A stretch of 64,000 nucleotides of DNA from assembly GCA_964364175.1 (NCBI GenBank), contig CAYILR010000014.1:4335-68334 (forward strand), read 5' to 3'. Below, one piece after another: positions 18,784 through 27,104 of this stretch. How positions within the stretch are numbered: position 1 is the stretch's first letter; the number at the start of each line of letters is the position of its first letter. The notes beneath the pieces are model-generated. The model ran no database searches. It was not told the DNA's origin and saw nothing but the letters and a program-made list of their open reading frames with translations. Source of the stretch: an uncultured Bacteriovoracaceae bacterium (lineage in GTDB: Bacteria > Bdellovibrionota > UBA1018). Both the position numbers and the translations under genes were made by a program.

Positions 18784-19383
18784 ATGAGAAAAAAGGCAGA
18801 TCTCAAACAACTTAGCCCACTACTCGGCGCACCGAGTTTTACCGCACGCGAGGCAGCCAGCCTCGGCATGCCTGCAGCCAACCTGGCCTATTACGTGAGG
18901 CGCGGCGACCTCGAACGTGTCGCCCACGGCGTATACCGCGCAGCCCAGGCACCCACGACAACCGATTTTCGATGGGAAGATCTCGTCACCGCTCTCCAGT
19001 CGGTTAAAAACGGCGTCGTTTGCCTGACCACAGCTCTTGCACTTTACGATATCACCGAAGAAATTCCTCGCCAGCACTGGATTGCAATCAAGAATTCGAC
19101 TCGTCACCGTTGCGGGTCTGATGTACGAGTCGTAAGAATGAGCAACATGAGCCTGGGCCGCACCACTCTGGACGTCGGTGGAATCTCTGTTCCGATCTTC
19201 GACCGGGAGCGCACCATCGTGGATTCGTTTCGCTATCTCGGCGCTGAAATTGCTATAAAGGCGCTGAAATTTGCTCTCGCAAAGAAAGATCGGGGGCAAA
19301 GGCTCGACCTACGAAAGCTTGCGCAATACGCGGATCGACTCCGATTCGACATCCAACCTTACGTCTTGGCGGTGACGACATGA
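18784..19383 (+). CDS. abiEi: Type IV TA antitoxin AbiEi
   Basis: LERVAHGVYR, CLTTALALYDIT and ERTIVD motifs. ATGA-coupled to the toxin. Confidence 0.88.
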   Translation: MRKKADLKQLSPLLGAPSFTAREAASLGMPAANLAYYVRRGDLERVAHGVYRAAQAPTTTDFRWEDLVTALQSVKNGVVCLTTALALYDITEEIPRQHWIAIKNSTRHRCGSDVRVVRMSNMSLGRTTLDVGGISVPIFDRERTIVDSFRYLGAEIAIKALKFALAKKDRGQRLDLRKLAQYADRLRFDIQPYVLAVTT

Positions 19384-20243
19384 ACGAAACCGCACTCAAA
19401 GAACGCCTGAAAGTGGTCGCAAAGGATAAGGACGTCCTATTCAACGTCGTTTGGAAACAACTCCTTCTGGAGCGTTTCCTCGCACGTCTCTCACGTTCCA
19501 AACACAACGAACATTTTATTTTTAAAGGCGGCATGCTTCTCTCTCAACGAATCAAGATTGGTCGTGAGACCACGGATCTCGACTTCCTGATGACACGACT
19601 CAAAGGCGAAGCTCCCGCCATTGAGTCCGCATTCCGAGAAATTATCACCGTCAGCAACAGCGATGGTTTCACTTTCACTTGGAACGCCGTCTCTGAACTC
19701 ACCCAGCCTCATATGGAATATCCGGGCTTTCGCGTGAATCTGAACGTCGCGCTCGGAAAAATGAAAGACAAAATCCAGATCGACATTGGCATTGGCGATG
19801 CGGTCGAACCCGTCGAGGAACAGTTCCATCCGTTCGAGTATAAGGGCAAGCCACTCTTCGCGGGCGAGATCACGCTTCTCACGTATCCCGTGGAAACGAT
19901 CTTTGCTGAAAAGCTCGAAGCCATCGTCTCGAAGGGCGGCCCCAATAGCAGGATGAAGGACTACCACGACACGCTGCTGATGCTCCGTGAGCCGGGTTTG
20001 ATTTCAGCCTCCGCGCTAAGAGCATCCATTGGCGCGACTTTCCGATATCGAAGCACGACTCTTTCTCTTCCGATCGTCTTTACCGCCGAGGAAATCGTGA
20101 AACTGGAGGCATCTTGGGTGCAGCACCTGACGCGGATCGCGAAGTTTCGCGAGCAGCTCAGAATGCCCACGACAATCCAAGATGTTCTCGCTGAAATCAA
20201 CGCGTGGCTCTCCGCGAACAGCGTCGAGGAAGTGAAACTATGA
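19380..20243 (+). CDS. abiEii: Type IV TA nucleotidyltransferase toxin AbiEii
   Basis: FKGG, RETTDLDF, AEKLEA and SRMKDYHD motifs. Confidence 0.92.
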   Translation: MNETALKERLKVVAKDKDVLFNVVWKQLLLERFLARLSRSKHNEHFIFKGGMLLSQRIKIGRETTDLDFLMTRLKGEAPAIESAFREIITVSNSDGFTFTWNAVSELTQPHMEYPGFRVNLNVALGKMKDKIQIDIGIGDAVEPVEEQFHPFEYKGKPLFAGEITLLTYPVETIFAEKLEAIVSKGGPNSRMKDYHDTLLMLREPGLISASALRASIGATFRYRSTTLSLPIVFTAEEIVKLEASWVQHLTRIAKFREQLRMPTTIQDVLAEINAWLSANSVEEVKL

Positions 20244-20322
20244 GTGAAAACGCTTGTCACGAAACGAGGTGCTGTCTACAATAGTCAAAAGCGGGCCGCA
20301 AGGCGGCGATTTCTTTCGTTTT

Positions 20323-20337
20323 GGGTCTGTCACCCCA
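20323..20337. repeat. 15-bp direct repeat GGGTCTGTCACCCCA, copy 1 (att-like or REP-like)
   Basis: Identical to 30683-30697. Confidence 0.6.
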
Positions 20338-20458
20338 TTTTTTTTTCTCAAAGAATAAACGCCCCATTGAGGCAAATAATTAAAAACTTCTCCAGGGGAT
20401 GAGGGAGAAGGAATGGTTTAATAAAGACAGTTTAAAATAAAAAAATGATTTCAGCGTG

Positions 20459-21199
20459 TTACGTGTGTTGTTCATACTTCTCTCGAACCTCTCTCGCATA
20501 TTTTTCAAGATAGGGTTTTCGTTCGGGTCCACGTACGTGGCTCAAGGCCGGGGGAGAAATCAAAGGTAGAAAGCAGACCTCTACTGTCCCTGGCTGAACA
20601 CCCCAGCTCCTTCCTCTGTTGATGTTGCGAGGAATGCTGAGATACAAAGGCTGGATCGAACATTTGAGTTCCGCAGCGAGGTGAAACGCCCCCTTGTTGA
20701 ATTTGCCAAATTCGCCTGTGGTGATGCGGGTACCCTCGGGCGTGAGGAAAGCGGATTCTCCAGACTTTTTAAGTTCACGGCACGCTTGGGCAAATTGCCT
20801 TTCGCGTTGAACAGGAAAGTCTTGAGTATCTAGATAAAAAACTCTGGCCAAGACCGCCAATGCTGTTACTGGAAAAATGGGTATTGTTTTTTTGGAGAGA
20901 AAAAACCGCGTTCGAGGAAGTCCCAAGGCCAATATGACTAGCATATCGAGGCTTGTCGAATGGTTGCTGATAAAAATCAGCTGTTCGGAGGAAAAAACGT
21001 CAGGACGATGATGGACTTTCAGTTTGATTCCATGCAGCCCTAAAATCATCTCTGCAAGAATCCGCAATATTTTTTCAGAAAAAAAGTACCTCGCTCGTCC
21101 CAATGTAAAAATGAGCGTGATGGCTCCCAGAACAAAAACGACAAAAATCAAAAAGAAAGCCATTGCTAACTTTACTACCGGTAGAAAACTATTTTTCAC
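20459..21199 (-). CDS. PlsC-family acyltransferase
   Basis: NHSTSLD (HX4D) and TPEGTR motifs. Confidence 0.88.
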   Translation of the reverse strand: MKNSFLPVVKLAMAFFLIFVVFVLGAITLIFTLGRARYFFSEKILRILAEMILGLHGIKLKVHHRPDVFSSEQLIFISNHSTSLDMLVILALGLPRTRFFLSKKTIPIFPVTALAVLARVFYLDTQDFPVQRERQFAQACRELKKSGESAFLTPEGTRITTGEFGKFNKGAFHLAAELKCSIQPLYLSIPRNINRGRSWGVQPGTVEVCFLPLISPPALSHVRGPERKPYLEKYAREVREKYEQHT

Positions 21200-22160
21200 A
21201 GATCACCGTTTGCATAGAAAGATTGAGCCGCCTCTGAAACAAAAAGAAGGGGCTGGTTAAAACCTGCCCCAAAAAGTAGGGCCCGGTCCATAATTTGAGA
21301 TTCATCCCTCGGCCTCTCAAAATCTTAAATAGCGCTCCGGTAAAAAAATAAAAATAAGGAGGAAAAGCTCCGTAGGGTAGGTAATCTACCACTTTCAAAC
21401 CAGCAGATTCCACAAACTGGAGCAAATGGGCCTTGTCAAAAATCACCGTGTGTTGAGGAGCCTGAAATCCAGGCCAACGGCTTTGAAAAAGTTGATAACT
21501 GAGGCTGTCCAGTCGTGGCACTTCGATCACAATTCGACCGGTTTTACTGAGTGCATCCTTAGCGCTCTGCAAGGTTTTCATCGGGTCGTAGCAGTGCTCA
21601 AGAAAATGCCACAGGGTAATGAGGTCGTACTGATTTGACGGAAGATCTTGGTTAAAAAATTCACCGTGATAAAAATCAATGTGTTCAAAATCTGGAAATC
21701 CATCAAATCGTTTGAAGTCTACTCCTGCGACTTTTGATCCATAGGTTTTTCTAATCTTGTTTAGAAAAGTCCCTGTGGCACACCCGCCGTCGAGTACGTG
21801 ACTCTGTGGTCCTAGCTGGACATAATTGTTGATGATTTCTAGTTTTTTCTTGTTGTGTTGATCCATTCCCCACTGAGTGAGAAAAGAAAAAATGCCCCAG
21901 TCCTTTTTGTTTCGATGGGCAATGTATTGATCATCGTAAAAAGCACCGATTTGATCAAACGTTAGGCGCGGATTTTGAAAAACTAATCCACATTCTTGGC
22001 ATTGCCCAAATCGAAAGTTACCCGGTTTGCCAGTCAGGTCTTCCTGGGCAATGGCAAATTCTTGATCATCGGCAAAAGCCCCGCATTGATAACAGGGGAC
22101 TGTCTCAAATTGATAGTGATTCGGATTTTCCAGGCGTGAGATGTCAATTATTGTATTCAT
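21189..22160 (-). CDS. Class I SAM-dependent methyltransferase with N-terminal Cys motif
   Basis: CxxC...CxxCGL, VLDGGCATG and WHFLEH motifs. Confidence 0.88.
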   Translation of the reverse strand: MNTIIDISRLENPNHYQFETVPCYQCGAFADDQEFAIAQEDLTGKPGNFRFGQCQECGLVFQNPRLTFDQIGAFYDDQYIAHRNKKDWGIFSFLTQWGMDQHNKKKLEIINNYVQLGPQSHVLDGGCATGTFLNKIRKTYGSKVAGVDFKRFDGFPDFEHIDFYHGEFFNQDLPSNQYDLITLWHFLEHCYDPMKTLQSAKDALSKTGRIVIEVPRLDSLSYQLFQSRWPGFQAPQHTVIFDKAHLLQFVESAGLKVVDYLPYGAFPPYFYFFTGALFKILRGRGMNLKLWTGPYFLGQVLTSPFFLFQRRLNLSMQTVICEK

Positions 22161-22750
22161 ACATGTTTTTCCTTGTCGTGAACGACTTCATAAAAAATAA
22201 ACAAACCCCAGACGGTGATCATGGTCAGCAAGAGTGGAAAACTCAATTCGAGACCAGGTCGAAAAGCCTCTGCTCCCAAAAATGCAACCAGTGGATATTT
22301 CAGCAGAGGAACCGACCAATGAAGCAGATGTGTATGTGTTGCTCGATTCCAATAGGTTTTCCAAAATTCGATAAAAACAAAAAGCCCAAGGAACTTGAGA
22401 TAGACACCCCATTTAATCCATAGTGAAAGACTGAATAACAAGAACATCAAGACCCATTTAAAGTAAATATCCATTCCTGGAGTAGTGACGATTCGACGTG
22501 GTATTTTATCGCGATCTTCTTGGATGCTGAGAAGGTCATCTTGAATACGCAGACAGAGCAAAAACAAAAGTGTGACCCAGAACATTCCCAAAGCATCTGT
22601 CCCACGTATGCTGCGAATTCCCTGCGAAGCAAAGAGGATGGAAAGCACCAAAATACAGGCCACAGGAGCAAAGACCCGAAGAGGAAAACGTTCGCGACAG
22701 TAGGAGAAAAATGGAAAAAGTCTAATAACGAATTCTCCCTGTATTGCCAT
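22157..22750 (-). CDS. Short UbiA prenyltransferase-like membrane protein
   Basis: ERFP N-terminal motif, Asp-rich RIQDDLLSIQEDR loop and multiple TM helices. Start uncertain. Confidence 0.55.
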   Translation of the reverse strand: MAIQGEFVIRLFPFFSYCRERFPLRVFAPVACILVLSILFASQGIRSIRGTDALGMFWVTLLFLLCLRIQDDLLSIQEDRDKIPRRIVTTPGMDIYFKWVLMFLLFSLSLWIKWGVYLKFLGLFVFIEFWKTYWNRATHTHLLHWSVPLLKYPLVAFLGAEAFRPGLELSFPLLLTMITVWGLFIFYEVVHDKEKHV

Positions 22751-25217
22751 CGACTTGGATGGGAGAAGAATTTGTAAATCGCGTGGTGGCGCCTGGGACT
22801 CCGACGACTGCTGGGATCCCCAACTCTCTTGCAAGGATGGCGCCGTGAGAGAGCATTCCGCCCCGCTCCAAGACTAGTCCAGAAACTAACGGAAATGCCG
22901 CAGCCCAACCCGGATCGGTTTGTCGGGTCACTAGGATTTCTCCCTTGATCAGGCCTGCTGATTCTGCGACCGATTGGAGGACCCGTGCTTGTCCTGACGC
23001 AAATCCTCCAGAGACGGGAATTCCAGTGATTTCTGTTTCGCTCTCTTGAATTGCAAATGGATCAGTCGAGGAAACTCCAGACTTAAAATATTCACCAGGT
23101 GCTAAAACTAAAGTTTCTGGAGGCTGTAATGCCGAAACCTTTTCAAATTCCGTTTTTCTCAGGTGAGCAAACGGTCGGAGTGTTTCGGGGAGCATGTATG
23201 CGCCTTCGAGATACTGGGAGATTTCTTGATGGTGTAAGAAAAAAATATCGTCCCGATTTTCTAAATATCCTTTGTGTTGCATCTCTTGGCCGATTTTGAG
23301 AAGAGTTGCCCGAAACTGTGCATAGAGCTGGGCTTGCTTCATTCGTGCTCGTTCCCGAAACGAAATCGCCTTTTCGGTCAAAAAACTGGTGGATTTCAAA
23401 ATGATAAATTTAAAATACTGAGTTTCTTTGTGGATTTGTTGCCATAGTTTTGCTTTCTCGAACTCTTGCTTTTTAAAGAGTGCTCGAGGTTCCTCGATGG
23501 GTTGTAAGACATAGTTTCGTAGAATGGGGATCCACTCCGTGGGCACTTCATTGAAATGAGGAACGGTCAAAAGAAGTTCACCCGAACATCGAAAGCCCCA
23601 CTGATCGAGATAGGTTTTTATTTCCAAAAAAAGCCCCGAGTACTGAGAGTCGGATTGAATGCGAGACCAGATTTCTTTTTCATTGGATGGACTGGTGATC
23701 ATAGAAAACCAATTGGGATGGGATTTGATTTTTTCTGCTAGCTCCCAAAGGGCTTGATTGGGTTGATTGCTGATCAGTTGACCTTGTCCTACGAGGAGAG
23801 TGTTGCGGACGGAGTCTCCTTTTTCCCCAAACCATCGGCGAGTCAGCATTCCCAAAAATCCATAAGTGACCATGGCAGCGAGATCGGCGATTGAGGCATT
23901 TTTCCAAATTTTAAAACGAATTTTAAAAAACTGCTGAAAGGCAGATCGAATGTTCTGAGGATGTTGATCGCAGAAAGCAAGATGACTGTTTACTTCTTTT
24001 TCAAAAAACTGAACTCGTGCAGAAAGTCGTAACGCAGTGAAAAAGCTGGTCAGTGTCATTTGGATTAACTCTGTTTTGCGAAGAGGGCTGCAAACAGCTG
24101 GAGCTTGAGTAGACGCATCCAAATCTTGATACTGACCCAGAAAATCGTCAAACCATCGAGAGAGCGTAGATCCAAAAGGGAGGTGTCTGATCATGAAATG
24201 AAGATTTGAAAAATGGTAATATAACCTAGCGCCGTGACATCCGACTGCGTTGCGAAGGCAGTTCTCTAGAGCCAAGAGAAGTCGGTGGGGAACACCGAGT
24301 GATTTCCCTAGATCGCGGTAGTAATAGTAGTATGAATCATAAGCGACCGAGTAAAGCAGCGGCGAGATGGGGACTGGATAGTTTTCATTGAGGTTTACAT
24401 TGGACCAAACCACCTTGGGTGAGGTCGGAGCTCGGAGGAGCGGAGTAGTGATCGGTCTTGCTTGAACGATAAAAAGTGTGTGATCAGGATCTACGACCCA
24501 CTCAATGTCCATCGGTCGTCCGGCACGAGATTCAATTTGCTGGGCTAGTGTTGCAAGTTTTTCGATGATAGGCTTGGGCAATTTTTTTGTCGGGTGCTGC
24601 TCTGGAGAGCGATGATTGTTGATTCTAAAAACGTTTTTGGTTTCCGACGCGACTTCGAAACTACCTGGGTTGATGTTGCCAGAGACCAGCTCATGCCCTG
24701 GCCCAAAGTGATATTCGCAATAGAGAGGCGATGTACCCTGCGTGAAGCACACGCCAGAAGACCAGGGAGTAATTGCTTTTTGTACAATCACTCCCATTCC
24801 TCGAAGAGAGACATTCATTCGCTTTTGGTAACTCACGCATCGTGCAGAATAATAGGAGCTCCAGACGTCGATGATTCCATTTGCCAATTGCGAAGACTCG
24901 CAAAGGACTGAATCCAACTGGCCCGCGAAGGAATTAGTTTCTGAATCTTCGCCAATGGCAGAGCTTCGCACCATCCAAGGTCCGCTTGGATGGATTTTCT
25001 GTTGACAGAAGTCAATGATTTCTTGAGTGAGTGAGTCCAGAAAAGTTTTTGCTGCTTCGTCAGTGAGGAGTGAAAATTTATTAAATACAGAGTGTGGAAT
25101 AACGCATCCGCCCGGAACTGGCGCATTTTTTTGTATGAGCTGAGAAAGTGAATGAGCTTTTCCGCCTACTTCTTCGATGGGAATTACCTCGGTGAGGGAA
25201 AAGAAACGCCTTTGCAT
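22722..25217 (-). CDS. PEP-utilising dikinase-type enzyme (PigC/rifampin phosphotransferase architecture)
   Basis: N-terminal ATP-grasp (GGKA, VRSSA.GED..SFAGQ, DIEW, QARPIT), helical middle and C-terminal phospho-His domain (TDPGW, GGMLSHGAILARE). Confidence 0.88.
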   Translation of the reverse strand: MQRRFFSLTEVIPIEEVGGKAHSLSQLIQKNAPVPGGCVIPHSVFNKFSLLTDEAAKTFLDSLTQEIIDFCQQKIHPSGPWMVRSSAIGEDSETNSFAGQLDSVLCESSQLANGIIDVWSSYYSARCVSYQKRMNVSLRGMGVIVQKAITPWSSGVCFTQGTSPLYCEYHFGPGHELVSGNINPGSFEVASETKNVFRINNHRSPEQHPTKKLPKPIIEKLATLAQQIESRAGRPMDIEWVVDPDHTLFIVQARPITTPLLRAPTSPKVVWSNVNLNENYPVPISPLLYSVAYDSYYYYYRDLGKSLGVPHRLLLALENCLRNAVGCHGARLYYHFSNLHFMIRHLPFGSTLSRWFDDFLGQYQDLDASTQAPAVCSPLRKTELIQMTLTSFFTALRLSARVQFFEKEVNSHLAFCDQHPQNIRSAFQQFFKIRFKIWKNASIADLAAMVTYGFLGMLTRRWFGEKGDSVRNTLLVGQGQLISNQPNQALWELAEKIKSHPNWFSMITSPSNEKEIWSRIQSDSQYSGLFLEIKTYLDQWGFRCSGELLLTVPHFNEVPTEWIPILRNYVLQPIEEPRALFKKQEFEKAKLWQQIHKETQYFKFIILKSTSFLTEKAISFRERARMKQAQLYAQFRATLLKIGQEMQHKGYLENRDDIFFLHHQEISQYLEGAYMLPETLRPFAHLRKTEFEKVSALQPPETLVLAPGEYFKSGVSSTDPFAIQESETEITGIPVSGGFASGQARVLQSVAESAGLIKGEILVTRQTDPGWAAAFPLVSGLVLERGGMLSHGAILARELGIPAVVGVPGATTRFTNSSPIQVDGNTGRIRY

Positions 25218-25283
25218 TTATAAAATCCATACGACACTTCAATAGCTATTGTAAATCTGGATCAGATGATTCACTGATAGAGG

Positions 25284-26201
25284 ATGACAGGCGACGTTCG
25301 ACTCTTTGCTGGTTGGCAGATCATTGGGTCATTGGGAGCGGTAACATTTGTTTCAATTCTGCTGATACTATCTCCCTCGGGGTTCAGTTGGGTGATGGGT
25401 GAATGTCTTCTGGGTCTTGGGATGTTGCAATGGTTCATAGTGCTTCACGAGGCGGGGCACGGTACTTTGTTTTCATCCAAAAAGTTAAATTTTATTATGG
25501 GTCATGTGGCATCGGTTTTCTGTGCAATTCCTTTTACTTCCTGGAGGCATATTCACCGACTTCATCATGTTTGGACGGGATGGAGAAATATTGACCCCAC
25601 GACGGAAAGTACATTGCCAAAAACACTTTCTCCGATCCAAAAAAAAATCATGAGGCTGGCTTGGACGTCTGGGTTTCCATTGTTTTCGATCATTTATCGT
25701 CTCGACACCTATTGGAATTTGTCCAAACTTAAGAGAAGTCTAGAAAGTCGCCCGTTTATTTCGTCGAGAAAAAACATCCTATTCTTGGGAATTTTTTATT
25801 TGATGTGTATTTTCTTGCTCAAGGTATTGTTCGTAAAACTTTTCGTTCTTCCGTTTTTGATTTCGCTCGTTCTAGCAGATCCAATTTTGATGAGTCAGCA
25901 CAACCATGTGACGATGAGATTGGCTCCGGAATCTAACGTAAAGCCTTTTCCCGCGGGAGCTCAAATAGAATTTACTCGGGAGCTCGTTGCTCCTCAGTGG
26001 GTTTCTCGATACATTCTTTTGGGGTTTGATCGGCACGCGCTTCATCACAAATATCCTACCGTTCCCGGATACCGCCTTCCTTTCATGAGAGAGAGTGTAC
26101 CCATCCGATATGGTTTTTTTGATTGGATTCGGCGTGCAAAACAAATTCCAGCTGACCAGTTGGTTTTTAGTCATCGAGCGGAGAGCGGATTGGATATTTA
26201 A
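25284..26201 (+). CDS. Membrane fatty-acid desaturase/hydroxylase
   Basis: His boxes HEAGH, HRLHH and HALHH. Confidence 0.88.
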   Translation: MTGDVRLFAGWQIIGSLGAVTFVSILLILSPSGFSWVMGECLLGLGMLQWFIVLHEAGHGTLFSSKKLNFIMGHVASVFCAIPFTSWRHIHRLHHVWTGWRNIDPTTESTLPKTLSPIQKKIMRLAWTSGFPLFSIIYRLDTYWNLSKLKRSLESRPFISSRKNILFLGIFYLMCIFLLKVLFVKLFVLPFLISLVLADPILMSQHNHVTMRLAPESNVKPFPAGAQIEFTRELVAPQWVSRYILLGFDRHALHHKYPTVPGYRLPFMRESVPIRYGFFDWIRRAKQIPADQLVFSHRAESGLDI

Positions 26202-26213
26202 AGGGATTGATTT

Positions 26214-27104
26214 ATGAAGAGTCATCTAACAAATTTATTACCCGAGCAACGCAGGCCCTTGATTCAGAGGCTCTTGTCGCATTTGGCTGGGAAAAAAGTG
26301 ATCAAAGCAATTGAGGCGCACCATGGCTTGAGCGCCAGAATTGCGGAAGACGCTGGGTATGATGCAATCTGGGTGAGTTCTTTGACTGAGACGGCCTCGC
26401 GCGGGCTTCCGGATATCGAGTTAGAAGGTTATTGGCCGCGGCTCGAGCTCGTTCACGAAATTCTCAATGTCTGTTCGCTCCCTGTGATTGTGGATGGGGA
26501 TACGGGTGGTACCATCGATCAGTTTTGTCATTTGGTTCAGGAGCTCGAACGGATGGGAGTTTCAGCAGTTGTAGTCGAAGACAAAGTTTTTCCGAAAGCC
26601 AATAGTTTTGACGAATCACGAACGCAGGTTCTTGAGGATCCGGATCGCTTTGCGCTGAAGATTCGGAGAGGTCGGCAAGCGCTTCGAACTCAGGACTTTC
26701 TACTCATTGCTCGCATCGAGACATTCATTGTGGGCGCGAATCTAGAAGACGCGATTTTTCGCGCAAAATCCTACATCGAAGCGGGAGCTGACGGTATCGT
26801 CATTCATTCTAAGTCCGTTTCCCCGGAGGAAGTATTTGAGTTTGCTCAGCAGTATCAGCGCCTCGATCGAAAAGTACCGCTTTTTGCTATTCCAACGACC
26901 TATCATGAGGTGAAAACTTCTGAACTTCAGAAGGTGGGATTTCATGGAGTGATCTATGCGAATCATCTTTTGAGGAGTTCTGTTTTTGCTATGAGGCAGG
27001 TCGCTGCGTCTATCTTGGAGGAAGACCGCAGTTCAGAAGTGGAAGACTTTTGTGTTCCCGTAAAATCTCTCTTGAACGAGTTAGTCAATGATTACAGGCA
27101 TTGA
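26214..27104 (+). CDS. pepM: Phosphoenolpyruvate mutase
   Basis: ICL/PEPM fold (DGDTG) with the diagnostic EDK-X5-NS motif (EDKVFPKANS). Confidence 0.92.
   Translation: MKSHLTNLLPEQRRPLIQRLLSHLAGKKVIKAIEAHHGLSARIAEDAGYDAIWVSSLTETASRGLPDIELEGYWPRLELVHEILNVCSLPVIVDGDTGGTIDQFCHLVQELERMGVSAVVVEDKVFPKANSFDESRTQVLEDPDRFALKIRRGRQALRTQDFLLIARIETFIVGANLEDAIFRAKSYIEAGADGIVIHSKSVSPEEVFEFAQQYQRLDRKVPLFAIPTTYHEVKTSELQKVGFHGVIYANHLLRSSVFAMRQVAASILEEDRSSEVEDFCVPVKSLLNELVNDYRH

Larger units (their letters stand above)
1..20337. mobile_element. Integrative conjugative element (left end outside window; right end approximate)
   Basis: Co-oriented T4SS genes, relaxase, coupling protein, excisionase, tyrosine integrase and AbiE TA. 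The right boundary is tentatively placed at the 15-bp repeat at 20323-20337. Membership of genes at 1-3279 is inferred. Confidence 0.8.

Noticed and set aside
20244-20458. tRNA as ICE integration target
   Set aside because: No cloverleaf or T-loop signature is recognisable here or after 30697.
22722-25217. Rifampin resistance gene or housekeeping PEP synthase
   Set aside because: It lacks the C-terminal PEP-binding barrel of PpsA and is embedded in a lipid operon. Shared architecture with RPH does not establish resistance.
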